DNA of 64,000 nt from Eutreptiella sp. 'Long Island Sound 2002' (GCA_964036045.1 OZ038378.1:3410001-3474000); one strand, 5' to 3'. Positions 22,799 to 36,203 are shown, counted from the first letter of the stretch. The notes: a model not told the origin generated them from the letters alone. Numbers and translations are program-made.

Positions 22799-25700
22799 TA
22801 GAGTGTGGCCCAATGCACAGGCGTGCCTCAGCACCCCGCACCCGCTGCTGCTGCTGCTGCTTCGGGGTAGCACTGCTGGTGGCGTTGTATATGCCCGTGC
22901 CTCGGTGCCGCTGTGTATCCCCTCGCGCCGTCCCGGGGGGGATGCGCACACCGCCACTGGCCCAGCGAATCCATGGCGCTGCCGAAGGGATTCCGTACAA
23001 TGTAGTCGTCCTTGGAAGGTCAGGTTTGGGCTGAGGTGTTTGATCAACAACATTTCGTTTAACAAATAATTCAAAGGCCAACAGTGCTACCATGACCATC
23101 GAGGCATTTGGCCTGCGCCCACATGAGCATGGTACGTTCCTGCAAGACCCTTAGAACATACATCCCCCCACGGCCATCCCCCCCGAATCAAGAGGCAGGG
23201 GGTTCCAACCCCCTTTGGCCATCGTTTAAAATTGCAATGTCCCGTCCAAAATCAATTTACTTTGCTCGCCACAATCTGCTAAACAATCATTGAAGGGCAA
23301 TTCTGCCATTTACTGAGGGCTTTACTCACAACAGTCGCCTTTACAGTCGCCTGCTCCCCAGAGTCCCCCTCCATCCCCTCCCCAGTGAGAACTGCAGCTA
23401 CCACGGGGGATCAACTGTTATCTTGAGGTGGAATGAGAGACGCCTTCCGCAATGCAACAAAATTCCACCACACCCATCCCTCCCGTACTCCCCCTTGATT
23501 GCGTGGTGGAATGCTCGGCACCTTCAACAGTCTCAATGTGTTGTTCGGCCTCATTCGTCATTACTGGCGCTGCCGGTCGTCACCGACTGGTTCCTCCTTC
23601 GGGTCGTCCATTGTGGTCGCAGCTCGCACCGCCCCACGGACGTCCTGGGCGATGCGATGGTCCACCGGCCGTCCTTTGAGATTTCTTTCACCGAGGACAG
23701 GCTCGGGTCCACATTCATTTCCAGCATTTCCTTTTGTTTGTGTATATCTCGTGTCGTTTCGGGTGTGGGGCCCATGGCGCATACTCATGAATGCAGTGGA
23801 CATGCGACCCACGTCAGCGTGCTTTTTCGGTTTCTGCGCTGTTGGAGGCCTCCGGAGTTGCCCTGCAGTTGCTTGGAATGGGACTGCAAAGAACCAAAGA
23901 ACGCAATGAAGTGCGTCAGCCCCACATGCGTTGCATGCCAAAGGGACCTGCAGTGGCATGCCTGGCAGTCAGCCAGATGAAGCGCATGCCTGTTAAAACA
24001 AAAACCCCAATCGTATGTCAACCCGGCGCCTGCCGGAATACGGCCTCTGAAGGCAGCCGGTGGACGGCTCGGTCAGCCACAGCTCAGGTCGTCAAAAATG
24101 CTCCCACAGCAAAACTGGGTAAAACTGCGTACACTGCATAAGCGCTCATCCCCGTCCGCCCACACAAACCCTATGGAGTCGGGACCCGAAAACCATTTGC
24201 CGCCGACAGTCGACAAAAAGTAAACGAATCAAAAACATAAACATAACAACGTGGCATGAACATACCATAAACATTGCGGTTGGCGCACGGCGCCCAGTGT
24301 CCGCAACCCGTTTCCTAAGGTCAGGACGGTCCCCCCTACGATCAGGACGGTCCCCACCATTGCCTGGTACCATGGATTGTTCTGGGTATTGTGTGGTGTC
24401 GTTGGCAACACCTCGGGGCCAATGTGGTGCGGCAGCGGCACCCTTCTCTGTCAAGCAGCCCCGTGACGAGGATGCCCAGGTGCAGTGTGTTTGTGAGAGA
24501 GATGGCCCCCAAGGGCCCGCGGCCTTAAGAGGAAGCCTGCCAGCTCTTTCACATGGGGACACCAACCCTGAGGAAAGCTTCATACTGCATGACTCTCACT
24601 CCCCAACCCCCTCTTCAAAGTGGCGGGATAGTGGCGTGGATGAGTGAGCGCCACATCTGTACATACCAAGGGGTCGTTGCTTGTTGCACGGGCGAGGTCT
24701 TGGAGTTGAGGGTATGGGCTAGGGCCTTGATATGGTGTTCTGTAACCGCAAAGCCCACATCCCCAGCTCTGGGGCCTGCTTGCCTGCCCTGCCTTTGGTG
24801 CCCACGTCTCCGTCCGGTGGGTACATGCGCATAGGTATGTACAGACAGACACATATGTATCGAGCACGTGGAAGTGACTGGGCGCACTCTTGGTTCATCG
24901 ATTGAACCGCCAGGTATTCCACCGTGACGACAAGGTATCCGTGGATGCATTCAATACGGATGCCCACACATCAGACACATCGATGGGATACGCCCCTGGT
25001 CACGCCACAGATGGCCATGTAGCCCACGATAGGCTGTGGTCTGTGCAAGCATCTACGTTACAGATGCGGATGCTGCTGAAAGCCCGCCAGTGTGGAGGTG
25101 CTGTGTCGTTTCGGGCCGAAAATAGGTCGTTTCTGGTGGGTGCCCCCTACGAAGCGACCGGTGCCCAAGGCCGCCAGTGCCGAGCTTTGGCTCATGCCAC
25201 AAAAAGAATATCTTATCGCATCTTAGATTCCAGGACTTTTAGTTTTTTTTGGTTTCTACTTTTTTTTGTATGTGTTGTGTGGTTGGCCATGAGGTCAGGG
25301 AAAGGAGGCAATATGTGGTACGGCCTCTTGAGTCCAATGGACGCTTTTGTCCAACGCACAACAGTTCTTCGAGCCGTATTAATACGGTATCCGATTAATT
25401 CCGATTCAAGGCAAGCATGCAGCGGCAGGGTGACAGATTCTGGCAGCAACACTAGTATAACAAGATAGGTATTTGGCACTGGTAAGGGTGTGGAAGTCAG
25501 AAGTTGCCTGGACCACAGGGCAGTGTGGTATGCCTGTCACAATCGAGTAGAGACTCAGGCCTCATGCCCCAGATGTTGGTCAGCTAGTGAGTTTACCCAG
25601 GCATAGAGGCTGATGGCATAATGCTGGGCCTGGTGGGGCTCTAACATTGCACGTGGTGGCCCGGGGGGGGGAGGGAGGGGTTCAGCACACAGTGCCCCCA

Positions 25701-26757
25701 AACAAAAATTCCACCAGCACCACTTGTTTCTACGGGGACAGCCCCTTGAGAAAGTGCATGGCTTTCACCACAGCCAACCTCCTGCCCCCACTGCCGTGTT
25801 GTCAGTCCTGAGTGTGTGTAGCTTCCAGGGTTACGTGTGCACGACAGCCACAGAAAGTACGCCCACACGGCGACGCTTTTCACCGTAGCTCTTATCACCA
25901 CAAGTTGTTCCTGCCTTGGCAGATGCACCTCTTATGCATAGAACGGCCTTGTGAGAGAGGAGTGATTGTGGCAGCAATACCAATAGCTACCTGTGTCGAC
26001 AACTGGTTTGGGTTTTGGGAAGTTGGATCTTTCGGCTTTGGGCCATTGGTTGCGCGGCCTTCGGCTTTTTGAGGTTGATCGCACAGAGCCTTTAGCCTGG
26101 AGGTCCTTTGGTCCCGATTGATTTCCAGTTTCACACTAACGGTACAGCCTTTGGCTTGTAGTTGTTGGTGCAACGAACAGTCACAGGTGCATACATTGAT
26201 ATTGCCGTGCAGACTGTGCTGGCAGTTGCAAGGCTACTTTGTTCGCTGGCTCTTGCTGTCTCAAAGCATCAAACGACACTAATCTTTGTTCCAGTATACG
26301 GACACTTTATAAAGTATCGCCATGCCAGAAAGGCTTTGGGCCCACCTGCACCAAGTTGGGCATGAGCCTGGAGCGTTGGGAAAGCTTATGTTGCGTTGTT
26401 CGATGTTTGGTGTTGAGGACTTGGTATTTCTGGAATGTCCCGACTTCCCGTTTTTGGAAGCCCAACGGTAGCAGTCCTGCAGTGCCAGGGAGCACACAGC
26501 CGATGTTCGCGGCCAGCACCCGCATGCGTGTCTTATTCCGTTGCTGCAGCCTCCGGAACCGCTTTTTGCCCAACATGATGGTTGCTGCTTGACGGCCAGA
26601 GGCGTGACGGTTGGCATATGTGACGGTGCCTACAACCGTGTGCTGGGTTGGCAGCCCTAGAGTCAGAGCTAGTGCCCCTCTGGCTGAGCCCAACCATCTG
26701 CAATGCCCCCCTGCTCCCGGCTGTTGGGCTGCACACCACTCTGTTACTTCATCCGTA

Positions 26758-27143
26758 CCCCCCCCCCCCCGTGTCCAAGAACCACCTTGCGCAAGAACCA
26801 ACCCCTGGTTCCGCGGTCAAATTCTCGCATCACTTTTTTTACCAGGGTAGTGGGTTTTTCATGTTTCTGGTGGATGTAGGACAGCTATTCAGGTGTGCAG
26901 GACATCATTTCATGTGTGTTACTATGGGTCCCCCCATCAGGGGGGACCCTATCAGTCACTCACAGGCGCATTCATTCGTCAACGTGGTTAACTGTGGGAA
27001 AGGAGAGGACACGCATGTCCTGGTGCAACGCGCCGGAAATTTTTTTTTTTCCGCGGTACGGGGTGGCCCACGGCTGTGCGCAAGAACCAACCCCTGGTTC
27101 CGCGGTCAAACATTGCTGGTTCTTGGACACGGGGGGGGGGGGG
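26758..27143. mobile_element. MITE with TA TSD (Tc1/mariner-type)
   Basis: TA|C13-GTGTCCAAGAACCA ... TGGTTCTTGGACAC-G13|TA. Contains an internal direct repeat GCGCAAGAACCAACCCCTGGTTCCGCGGTCAAA (twice). Confidence 0.85.
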
Positions 27144-27358
27144 TACACTGGATTCAACCCGACCTATACATCATTCCTGCTGACCTGGGGATGATTCTGT
27201 GTGCCCAGGCCTTTGTGCCGACCAGCGGGATGATACAGTAGGGCACGGCGGACATTGGTCTGCGGCTGTTCTCGTGTACAGTACAGATATTGCTGCGCGT
27301 ATAAAACAAATGAAACCAACCCCAAATTTTGGGGACGAATTGTGGGATGCCCAACAAA

Positions 27359-27513
27359 CAACTACGTGTCAGATCCGCTACCACAGTCATTTGTGGGATC
27401 ATCGTAGCACTGGACAGCTCTGAACCTTGATCCCGAGGGGTCACCTCGAGTACTGTGAAGTGAGCAGGCTACGCCAGCTCATCTTGGTCTGAGCCAAAAA
27501 AAAAAGGGAAAAA
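27359..27513 (+). mobile_element. Short poly(A)-tailed retroposon, family 1
   Basis: Flanked by the 21-bp TSD AATTGTGGGATGCCCAACAAA (27338-27358, 27514-27534) and ends in an A-rich tail. Confidence 0.75.
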
Positions 27514-28056
27514 AATTGTGGGATGCCCAACAAAACAAGAAAAAGCAGTCAGGAAATTCTGACACACTGCAAAAGACAGCAGATTCTGAGAGAATTCTCT
27601 CCTCCCTTCTTTGGGGTGTTTCCCATGTGCAGCTGTTCTTCGGCGTCTGGCAGAAGTAGGTCTTGGATGTAAACGCTGCTTTTGATGAAGCTGCACTGCA
27701 TGAGCAAGCATTGGGGCTTGATGAAGCGGAGGGGCAGGGGGACATGCATCCAGACACACATGTCTAAGACTTGACTTGTTTGCCTTGGCTATAAACGCTT
27801 GTATGGGAGTGATCCCCTGCAGGCCTGCAGCGCGTCTTTGGAAGAAGCAGGCCATGTCCCCTGTGGCACGCCGCTGTCTTTCCACCAGATCTATGTTCAC
27901 TGTCCCCCCTGTCTTTGTACTTCATGCTCACTCACCTGTGTTTACACTCCGGTGTCTTTTTTCAGCCTACAGCCTTTGTGCCTCACGCACCCTGGGAAGC
28001 CTACGGGCGTGGTAGTCTCCCACTGCATACCCGGGTTTCAGACTCAGCTAATCCTC

Positions 28057-28200
28057 ACTACTTGTCAGATCCGCTACCACAGTCATGTGTGGGATCATCG
28101 TAGCACTGAAAAGCTCTGAACCTTGATTCCGAGGGGTTGTCTCGAGCACCATACGGTGAGCAGGGTACGCCAGCTCATCCTGGTCTGGACCAGAAAAAAC
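28057..28200 (+). mobile_element. Second copy of retroposon family 1
   Basis: TGTCAGATCCGCTACCACAGTCAT.TGTGGGATCATCGTAGCACTG... is near-identical to 27361-27500. TSD not clear. Confidence 0.7.
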
Positions 28201-29143
28201 AGGTGACAGACCACATTCCCAGCTCGATTTACAAAGCGTGGCACATCCATTCTACTGATCTGTGCATTACAAAGACTCATCTTTAATTTGTGGTGTGCAG
28301 GACGTTTGTGTTGGATTCGCTCTGGGCATGCAGCGCGCACTGTGGCGATCAAAACTAGCCCCCATGGCCATGTGTATGTGGATGGAATTGCACGTCAAAT
28401 GAAATGGATGCATTTTTTTCGTGACCGTTTTGTCCACAGCACCTCCAGGGACGCCCCCTGCCGTGTGGCTGATCAGATGGCATCGTTTCGCCTCTCTACG
28501 CAGTGTCTATGTGGTTTCGTTCTGCTGCAGTCTGATGCCCATGGTGGCCCGGTGTGTTGTCGGTGTGTTCGTCTGCCTTGGACAAGGCACAAGTATGAAG
28601 GGCCATGCGTAGACATGGACGTCTGCGTGAGAGGAAGAGCACTTGGTCGAGGGTGGGCCGGGGCCTACGTTCTTGGGTTTTGTGTGTGGCCTGCCAGCAC
28701 CGCCAGGACGTCCCGCACTTCGTTCTGACAGCCGCCCTTGAATTCACCACAAGACACATCGGTCTTCCCTAGAACACTTCACCCCATCGTCCAGTCCGAA
28801 CAGTACCCTTTGGGGTTTTCTGTAGAAACGCTGTGTATCGCAGGTTGCCCCAGTTTTTCTTCCGGAACATTCCCTTGGGCCCTGTGGACTGTGCAGACTG
28901 GGTGGGGGTCCCTGTGTCCGGTCCTTGGCTCTCTTCACCAGCCCTTCCTTGGGCACCAACTGCGCGGGTCATGCCCTAAGCCGCCCGCCCCTCCCCCTGT
29001 GAGAACAGTGCCCTTGTCACAAGGACACGAGGTGCTGTTCCCGCAGCTGTTGGATCCGTCTGTTTGCCTGTGAAGATCACGTTTTTCCTGTGCTTTGGGG
29101 CTGGGGATGGCATTTCAGGGATGCTGATTACTGTCCTGCCACT

Positions 29144-29493
29144 AACCCGGTACATGGAATGCCATACCGCTTGCTTGAAGTTACAGCTAGAGGACAATAG
29201 ACATGTTTGTGTATAACCGTCACATATGAAAATACGAAAGTAAGAACTTCAATGCATACCTGTTGAATCCATGAACCCCCGAACTTTTGGGTTGCTTCGG
29301 CGTGGCAGTACCCACTGCACTACCATGCATTAGTATTCTCTGCAGGCACAGATCCAGGTTTGCCTTTCGGCCACACGATGTATCGGGTGACTGTACTGCG
29401 CCCTGCAGCACTGATGCAGAGACCGGGTTGTGAACCCGAGAGCCTTATCGCTACTCAGCGCAGGCCTGTTGCAAAAAAATAGAAGAAAAAAAA
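29144..29493 (+). mobile_element. Poly(A)-tailed retroposon, family 2, long copy
   Basis: 25-bp TSD GGATGCTGATTACTGTCCTGCCACT (29119-29143, 29494-29518); A-rich 3' end. Confidence 0.75.
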
Positions 29494-31996
29494 GGATGCT
29501 GATTACTGTCCTGCCACTCTGTGCCCGCTCTACACGGCTTTGATGCACCTCCACAGACAAGGCCGTCCGGGCCTAAAGGATAGATTGCTTTGCTGCTTGT
29601 GTCCTTTCACAACGCGCGCAAGCGACAGGTGTGTCAAACAGAGGTGCTGTTTCCGTCATTTTCTGTGCTTGTACAATTGTTCTCTCAGGCGCGGGGGGGA
29701 CACCTGCCCTTATTCCGGTGCACCTCGTTTACTTAGATCAGTTTTATAACAATGGAATTTGCAGTATGAGTGTTCCTCCGTACGCCTGTTTTGGTTTTCG
29801 TTTGGGATGTTGCCTGCACGCCTGTCCGCGTTCTGAGATAAATTGCGCAGCCTTTACCCTTGGGGGAGCCCGAGGTCTGGATTCGTCCCCATCCCCACCT
29901 GACAGCCCAGCCTTGTCCTTGGAGACTGCTCCCTGGCCTTGATGTTGCCTGGCCCTGTCAGATTCTTGTTGGAGAGTGGGCTTTCAGTCGGTCTGGCGGA
30001 CACAGCACTCGACTCCCATTCATCATGTGTGTAGCCCCCCCCCCCCCCCCTTGTCCAGCCGCGCCCATGTCTAGTAAGCGCGGGGGGGGGGGGGACCGTC
30101 ACCTTCCATTTTCCAAATTTTCTTAGAAGGTTGGATATTGCGGTTCTCCTGTGTGTTTGCTGGACGAGGTGCTGATGTTGGTGCATTGCTGTGTACTTCA
30201 AATTTCTTGCATGGAAGGCACTGCACTGCACCCTGTGTCATGCAGAACACTTAGTTTTTCGCAATTTCAGCAGTTTCCGGGTCATTTTGTGGTTCACATG
30301 CCCTCGTGTTCGCTCGGGGGTGCGAGGGAACCCTCACGCGCAGCCCCCCTCAGAGTCAGAGTTGTGGTGGCAGCGTTACCAGGCCCATGGCGGACAACGA
30401 CCTTTTCCACCACAGTGTTGGCTTCCTTCTTCGCTAATTCTCTGTGCAGCCCGGCATGCATGGCTCCGCTTTGAAAATAAGAGACATGCGCCCTCTTGTC
30501 TCCCTTTCCCTTCAGAGGTTGCCTCCGTGTCACATTCAAACAGTAAATTGCAAAAGCAACACCACGGAAGTGTCTATGGCCACCACAACAGTGGTACAGT
30601 AGTGTGCCCTGCGACCGATTGGTTACTCGGAACCCTGCACAGCCGTATGGCCCAGTGCCTTGCGAGTCCTACCAGGACGCCGAATCTGCTTTGCTCAGCA
30701 CCACTACCCCCCCTTGAAACCCCCCCCTTGCAATCCCCCCCCGCCCCGGGGAGACCGTCACTTCACTGTTTTGCTAGGCAATATCCATTGCGGTGGTTTG
30801 TGTTGCCCATCTGTCACACACACGTCCTTGCATTGCTTTCCCATCACTTCAAATCAGTCAGTGTGTGTGTATTCTGTGATATTCTCTCTCCCAATTTGCT
30901 GCGAACTGCTTGCAGCCCGCATTGGATGCCTTTGTGAAGCCCAACCGTTCCTTTGGGTCCCCAGTAACATTTGTGTTGCATGAATCACATTTGCAGGGCA
31001 TCAATGCAAAAGTTGCTTCACCTGTGTGCTGTTTGCTTGCATCGGTGGAGGGTACCACAGTTTGCCTTGAAATATCCTTGCGACCCCCCCCCCGCGGGAG
31101 ACCATCACTTGGCGACCCCCCCCCAATGGGAGACCGTCGCGCGCTACGGTGGGAGATTTCAAGGGGCACCTACTGTATCTTGGGAGATTTTGGTCATGCT
31201 TGGAAAAGCAAATTGTTTCGAGAGCGAGAGAGGGAGAAAGAGAGGGCAGGGGGGTCGCGATGGCAGCGTCCCACTGGGAAGTCACTTCTGTGGTGAGGAC
31301 AAGGGTGATAGAGTTGGCCAAGACCGGCAATCTTCGACTTTTGTTGTTGAATGAGGTTGCTGTAGAGGGAGTATTGTACGCGGTGTGCACGCGGTGCACG
31401 CACGGTGCATGTATTGGGGTTCTTCCATAGACCTACCCACCTATTCGACAGGGAAGTACAAGGTATGACCATTGCACATACTACACCGTGTGCCCTCACA
31501 ATATCAACCATGTCCCTTCCATGGCTTCCTACGGGCATTGTTGTCACCTACACTCGATCAAATGATGACAGGGTGCGTGCCTCCATCATCTCTGCGTGGG
31601 CGTCTGGGCAGTACATGAGCATTGAGCATGACGCTGAAGGTCAACGTGTGTCTCACCCCACAGCGCCTGCTCACCGAATCGAAGATTGCGCACGTAGTCA
31701 TCAGTCTTTATTTTTCAGGAATGAATACGTAAGGGCGGGGGGGGGGGGTGTCTGGGTAGACCCACATAGGGCCGCTTATTCAAACTGGATTTTCCCTCAG
31801 CCAAATTTTGGGTCAAGATTTTTTGGGTGGGTGGGTCTCAGAGCCAAAGGACCTCCCGCCCTCTTATAAACAAAGCTTAGTAGCCGTCCCTCTCCCCAGA
31901 TGGAGATTTTCTGGGTGTCTATTTTAGACGACAATTTCTCCATGTAAATGCGACTCCCAGGCAGGCTCTTGCCGTGAGATTTGTCCCCACAATGTC

Positions 31997-32106
31997 CACA
32001 CGATATGTCAGTTGACTGTACTGCGCCCTGCAGCACTGATGCAGAGACCGGGTTGTGAACCCGAGAGCCTTATCGCTACTCAGCGCAGGCCTGTTGCAAA
32101 AAAAAA
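31997..32106 (+). mobile_element. 5'-truncated copy of retroposon family 2
   Basis: The 3' ~95 bp match 29388-29478 and end in poly(A). Flanked by the 15-bp repeat TGTCCCCACAATGTC (31982-31996, 32111-32125). Confidence 0.75.
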
Positions 32107-34868
32107 TTTCTGTCCCCACAATGTCTATGGTTGCACCGCTGCCGGCTCACTCAGGCCAGCCTCACCCATGAACACCCCTCAAGAGTGAAAGGGGGTAAAA
32201 CTGTCATCGCAGCCACGCTACGTGAACAAAAACCAGCATCTGAGACAATGAGCGGACTGTTTTTGGATACAGCTGTTCATAGTATGCATCTTAATGATAG
32301 GTCCAGGAGAAGGAGTAGGAGGAGGAAGCAAGAACAGAGGAGTCATAAAAACCTCCTCATTCGGCTAGATGGAGACCCAAAGGAACCTCAAGACCTTGAT
32401 GTCGAAGAAGATCCGGTTGACAATGTGCAAGTAGAGTCATGGTCTACAAGGCAAGGCAAGCAATTACCAGCAACGGTGCAAAGACCAACAGGACTGCCCA
32501 GATATCATGCAGAAGCCACCAAAAAAAAAAGGAGTTCGCAGCAACCATCCAGAAGCCACCACGAATTAATTCGCACCATCCAGAAGCAAGCAGGAATTAC
32601 TAGCAACCATTGGGAAGCCACCAGGGTTTGACAGCAGCCATCCACGTCAAGCACAGGAATGAGCATTAGCCACCCAAAAGCCACCAAAACAACCAAGTAG
32701 CAAATTTGAAGTGTTTTCAAGAATGAAAAGCAAGCATTCAAGAGCCTCCAGCATTTTCAACAAGCATCCACAACTTTGTAGAACACCTGCGCAAACGGTG
32801 CAGGTAGTCCCTCATACAGTAAAATGAGAAATCAGAGTTCCATATTTCAGAAAGGCCCTAGTGCTATGAATTACTATATCCTTTTTTTTTCCTGCTACTC
32901 TGCCATGGCATGACTGCTCTCATGGACATGATGTGGCGTGGTCATAGTGTGCATTGCACCTGAACACACATAGAGCAACAGGCCTTTCGAGCGCTGTTGC
33001 GTGATGCCAGTACAGTGTGTATCCTTCCTGGGCCCTTTTCAGCCTCACACTCCAGCCCACACCATTTGTGTACCGTTTGTGTTTACATCATGCAGTGGTG
33101 ATCTTCAGATAAAGCTACTTGTGCACGATTTGCGAATATTCTTTGCATCTGCACTGTTGAAGTGCGTTGTTTTCAGCTTGCACAGGAGGATCCAAAGTGT
33201 TGCATTCAGGGCTTGGGAACACCCCCATCCTCAGCACAACAGCCCCGTCGTACCATTGTTTTGGGGGGCTTTTTTGGCTACATGGATGTAAAGCCCACCC
33301 ACCCACACCCCTTATGCAGGTCGATTTCAGGCAAAACGACAGTCCGAGACCAGGGATCGTGTGCAAGAAGGCACACACTCCGTGCACGCCATGCCAGTGC
33401 TTTACAAGAGACCTGTACTGTATGAGACAGGGGGGATTGTTATTGTTTAGTACCCCCCATTTAGGCAGTTACCCCTTGTGGGGTTATGAGCCAGTTGTTT
33501 TTGGACACATTTTCGCAATTTTCATTCCTGGGTGCCCTTTGTTCTGGGGATGTGATGATGACGATGGGGGATCACTCAACGACTTGTACATTCATGACAC
33601 AACAAGGCCTTATGGCTTTCCATTACATGAGATCATCCACATTGGGTGTGATGCAGTTAGTGTGAAGGAATGAAGTCCCCCTTTGGGATGCATGGACCAG
33701 GGGACAAGGTGCACTACATCAACGCGTCTAACAGGGACACAGTAGACGCAGATGGGAAATGGTTGCTCTTATTTGGAACCAACGGGATATTCACTGAAGT
33801 GCTGTCGTAATAGATCTGTCCGTAGGAGGAAGTCAGAGTTTCGGTCACGAAGTTGGGTCAATAGTGCGCCAAGGGGTGGTGCGTAATAAAAGCATGGGTG
33901 TGATGTACTGGGAATGCCGCGCACGTAGTGCACACGCAGTGCAAAGTTTTGTATGCTGGCAACCACCTGAAACCTAGTTTTGGCCCTTCACAAGTTCATT
34001 GTTCCATAACAGGTTTTTTTACGCTTCCTGTGCATTGAGGATGTGGCACATTTGAATTGCCACCCATTTTCACCCATTTTCACCCATTTTAGCCCATTTT
34101 CACCCGGTTTTGCCGCATATTCTTTGTTATAGGTGGATGGTGGTTATAATGATGGAGAATCACCGGACGTCGTGTATTTTCATAATGCAACAAATCGGCA
34201 GCTACGTTGCGACACACTTCTAGGCAGATTCCAACCTTCATGGCCGTTGCTTTGCTATGTCTAGGAAACAATGTCCTTTCTGCATTCTCTTTATGAGCTA
34301 GCACTTGAACCCTGCATCTGCACTCTCGAATCATCGCAAATCAATAGCATGGCTTATTCGTAACGGCCCACATAGTGCTGCATATTGCTATAAGTTGGCA
34401 CCAATCGAGTCAAGGCAAACTGCCTAGTTCCCAGAAGGCTCTTCCAACACACTCATGCAACAGCAAATTGCGCTTGGCCACGGCCACCAACCACCAAGAA
34501 TATGAAGACCCTTGTGACGCCTGCATAAATGCAGGGTAATTTCCTCCCTTCCTCCCTCATGAAGTACAAAAGAATCACCTCGAAGAGAGGTTGTTAGATC
34601 AAGCGCAGGCGCGGGCGTCGTATACCCCCCCTTTTGGGGGGTCATTCGCGTAGCATACCCCAAGGCATGATATTTGATGTCCAACCCCTTGTAAAATCAT
34701 TATTTTGACCAATAAGACCATCCCCCAATGGATTTTTTTATTCTGAGGCCTCTATCCCCTAAAACTGGATATCACTTTTTTGAGAGGGGGTGGGGGGGGT
34801 GGGGGGGGGGGGTCAAAAGTTTTTGATCAGAAGGCTCCGAGCAGTGGGGAGGCACGGTGTTGTCACAT

Positions 34869-34940
34869 CCAACCCCGGTCGAATGGTAATGCAACCGGCG
34901 GCAGAGTTTTAGGTCGGCGGTTCGAATCCTGGTGGGTTGA
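34869..34940 (+). pseudogene. Degenerate tRNA-like sequence
   Basis: D-loop-like AATGGTAA and B-box GGTTCGAATCC; acceptor-like CCAACCC/GGGTTGA. T-stem and anticodon stem do not pair, so it is not a functional tRNA. Confidence 0.5.
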
Positions 34941-34971
34941 CTACTATTGGCGGCAGCACCGCCGCCCTCTT

Positions 34972-35039
34972 CGCCCAACCGGGGTTCAAACCGCCGACCA
35001 AAAAGTCTGCGGCCGCCTGCATTACCATTGGGCCACTGC
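34972..35039 (-). pseudogene. Second degenerate tRNA-like sequence, inverted relative to the first
   Basis: Minus strand reads GCAGTGGCCCAATGGTAATGCAGGCGGCCGCAGACTTTTGGTCGGCGGTTTGAACCCCGG: A-box TGGCCCAATGG plus a variant B-box. Confidence 0.5.
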
Positions 35040-35627
35040 TTGTCCTGAGACCAATGGGTTTCCCCACTGCTTGGACACGTGTCTGCCACTGACAAAAAAC
35101 CCAAACTGTGTGTTTCTGTCTGACTGACTGCTGGCCTGTTTAACAGACTGATTGGCTGACTGTCAGCCTCTCTTCGAGGTGCACTGCCAAAGGCAATAGA
35201 ATTTTGCGGGCTTGTTTGAATTTGGTGGTGAAGGAGATGCCCTATCATTTGTGGGATGCACTAGTTCATGGATGTGCGAGAATATCCATAAAAGTCCTCT
35301 ATTTTCGTAAATTTCCCTGATTTATCATAGAAAGCACGTGCTATGCACAACCATCCCCCCTCTATACCATGCCTACGCACTAAGATCCCTCTACGGTTGG
35401 AGGCCAGGGAGCGATGGTGCACATTGGGATAGAATGTGTATGGGAATTAGTCTAATGGACGTCATGCACAATCTCATGCCCATTTCACATGTGCGCAAAA
35501 AAAGATTTTCGCGCAAGCACATGCTCACCGCTGAACGAGGTGTATGCACCCCTCACCTCCCTTGGTGCAAGCACAGTATTGTCAAATGGGTTGCCCCGAG
35601 CATAGCGAGAAAATTGCTATTTTTTGA

Positions 35628-35710
35628 GAGAAAAAAAAAAAGAAAAGAAAAGAAAAAAAAAAGAAAAGAAAAAAAAGAAAAAAAGAAAAGAAAAGAAAAA
35701 GAAAAAAAAA
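35628..35710. repeat. A-rich (AAAAG-like) low-complexity tract
   Basis: Purine run visible directly. Confidence 0.9.
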
Positions 35711-35849
35711 GGCTACAGTTTACTGCCCTGGCATTTCTGAATGACCATTTGTTTATCTGTTGTCAGTACTTAGTGCCTGGGGACACAAACCTCCCGCTTG
35801 CCCACCCTTGCCCCAGAAGGCACCAATTCTGTAGCATCTCGACTCGAAC

Positions 35850-36203
35850 GAGGAGTGTTAGTGCGCCAGGCGCGCGCCGGGCATCTTTTTTTTTTACCAT
35901 TCCCCACCCGTGCCTGTTTTTGCCCCCGCTCACCAAACAACCAGGCCAATTTTCGTGAGCCTGCTGTGGCAGCTTTGTCATATGATGCGGGTGTGGTAGG
36001 CAATGATGTGTGCTTGTGCAACTGTGCTTGGTCTCACATTTGCGAAATGGACTCCCTAGTCCCAGTATGTGGGGATACAACTCCAGGGTGTCAGCTGCGG
36101 TCTACTTGGGGGACTTACCTAGGTGGGGATAAATTTGGGGCTAGGACCAGGATACTTAATACAAAGGTCGCGCGCCGGGCACGAGCGGGGCAAACATTGC
36201 CCC
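35850..36203 (+). mobile_element. Probable Harbinger-like family 2 derivative
   Basis: The right ~110 bp are homologous to 53255-53380 (…AAAGGT.GCGCGCCGGG…GGGCAAACATT.CCCC). Left end and TSD are uncertain. Confidence 0.4.

Larger units (their letters stand above)
34575..35203 (+). mobile_element. Helitron2/Helentron-like non-autonomous element, short copy
   Basis: T-CACCTCGAAGAGAGGTTGTTAGATCAAGCGCAGGCGCG start as at 8462. Ends CTCTTCGAGGTG (35170-35181) + CACTGCCAAAGGCAATAGAATTTT. Interior differs from the 8462 copy. Confidence 0.7.

Noticed and set aside
34869-35039. Functional tRNA genes
   Set aside because: T-arm and anticodon stems do not pair; kept only as tRNA-derived pseudo-elements.
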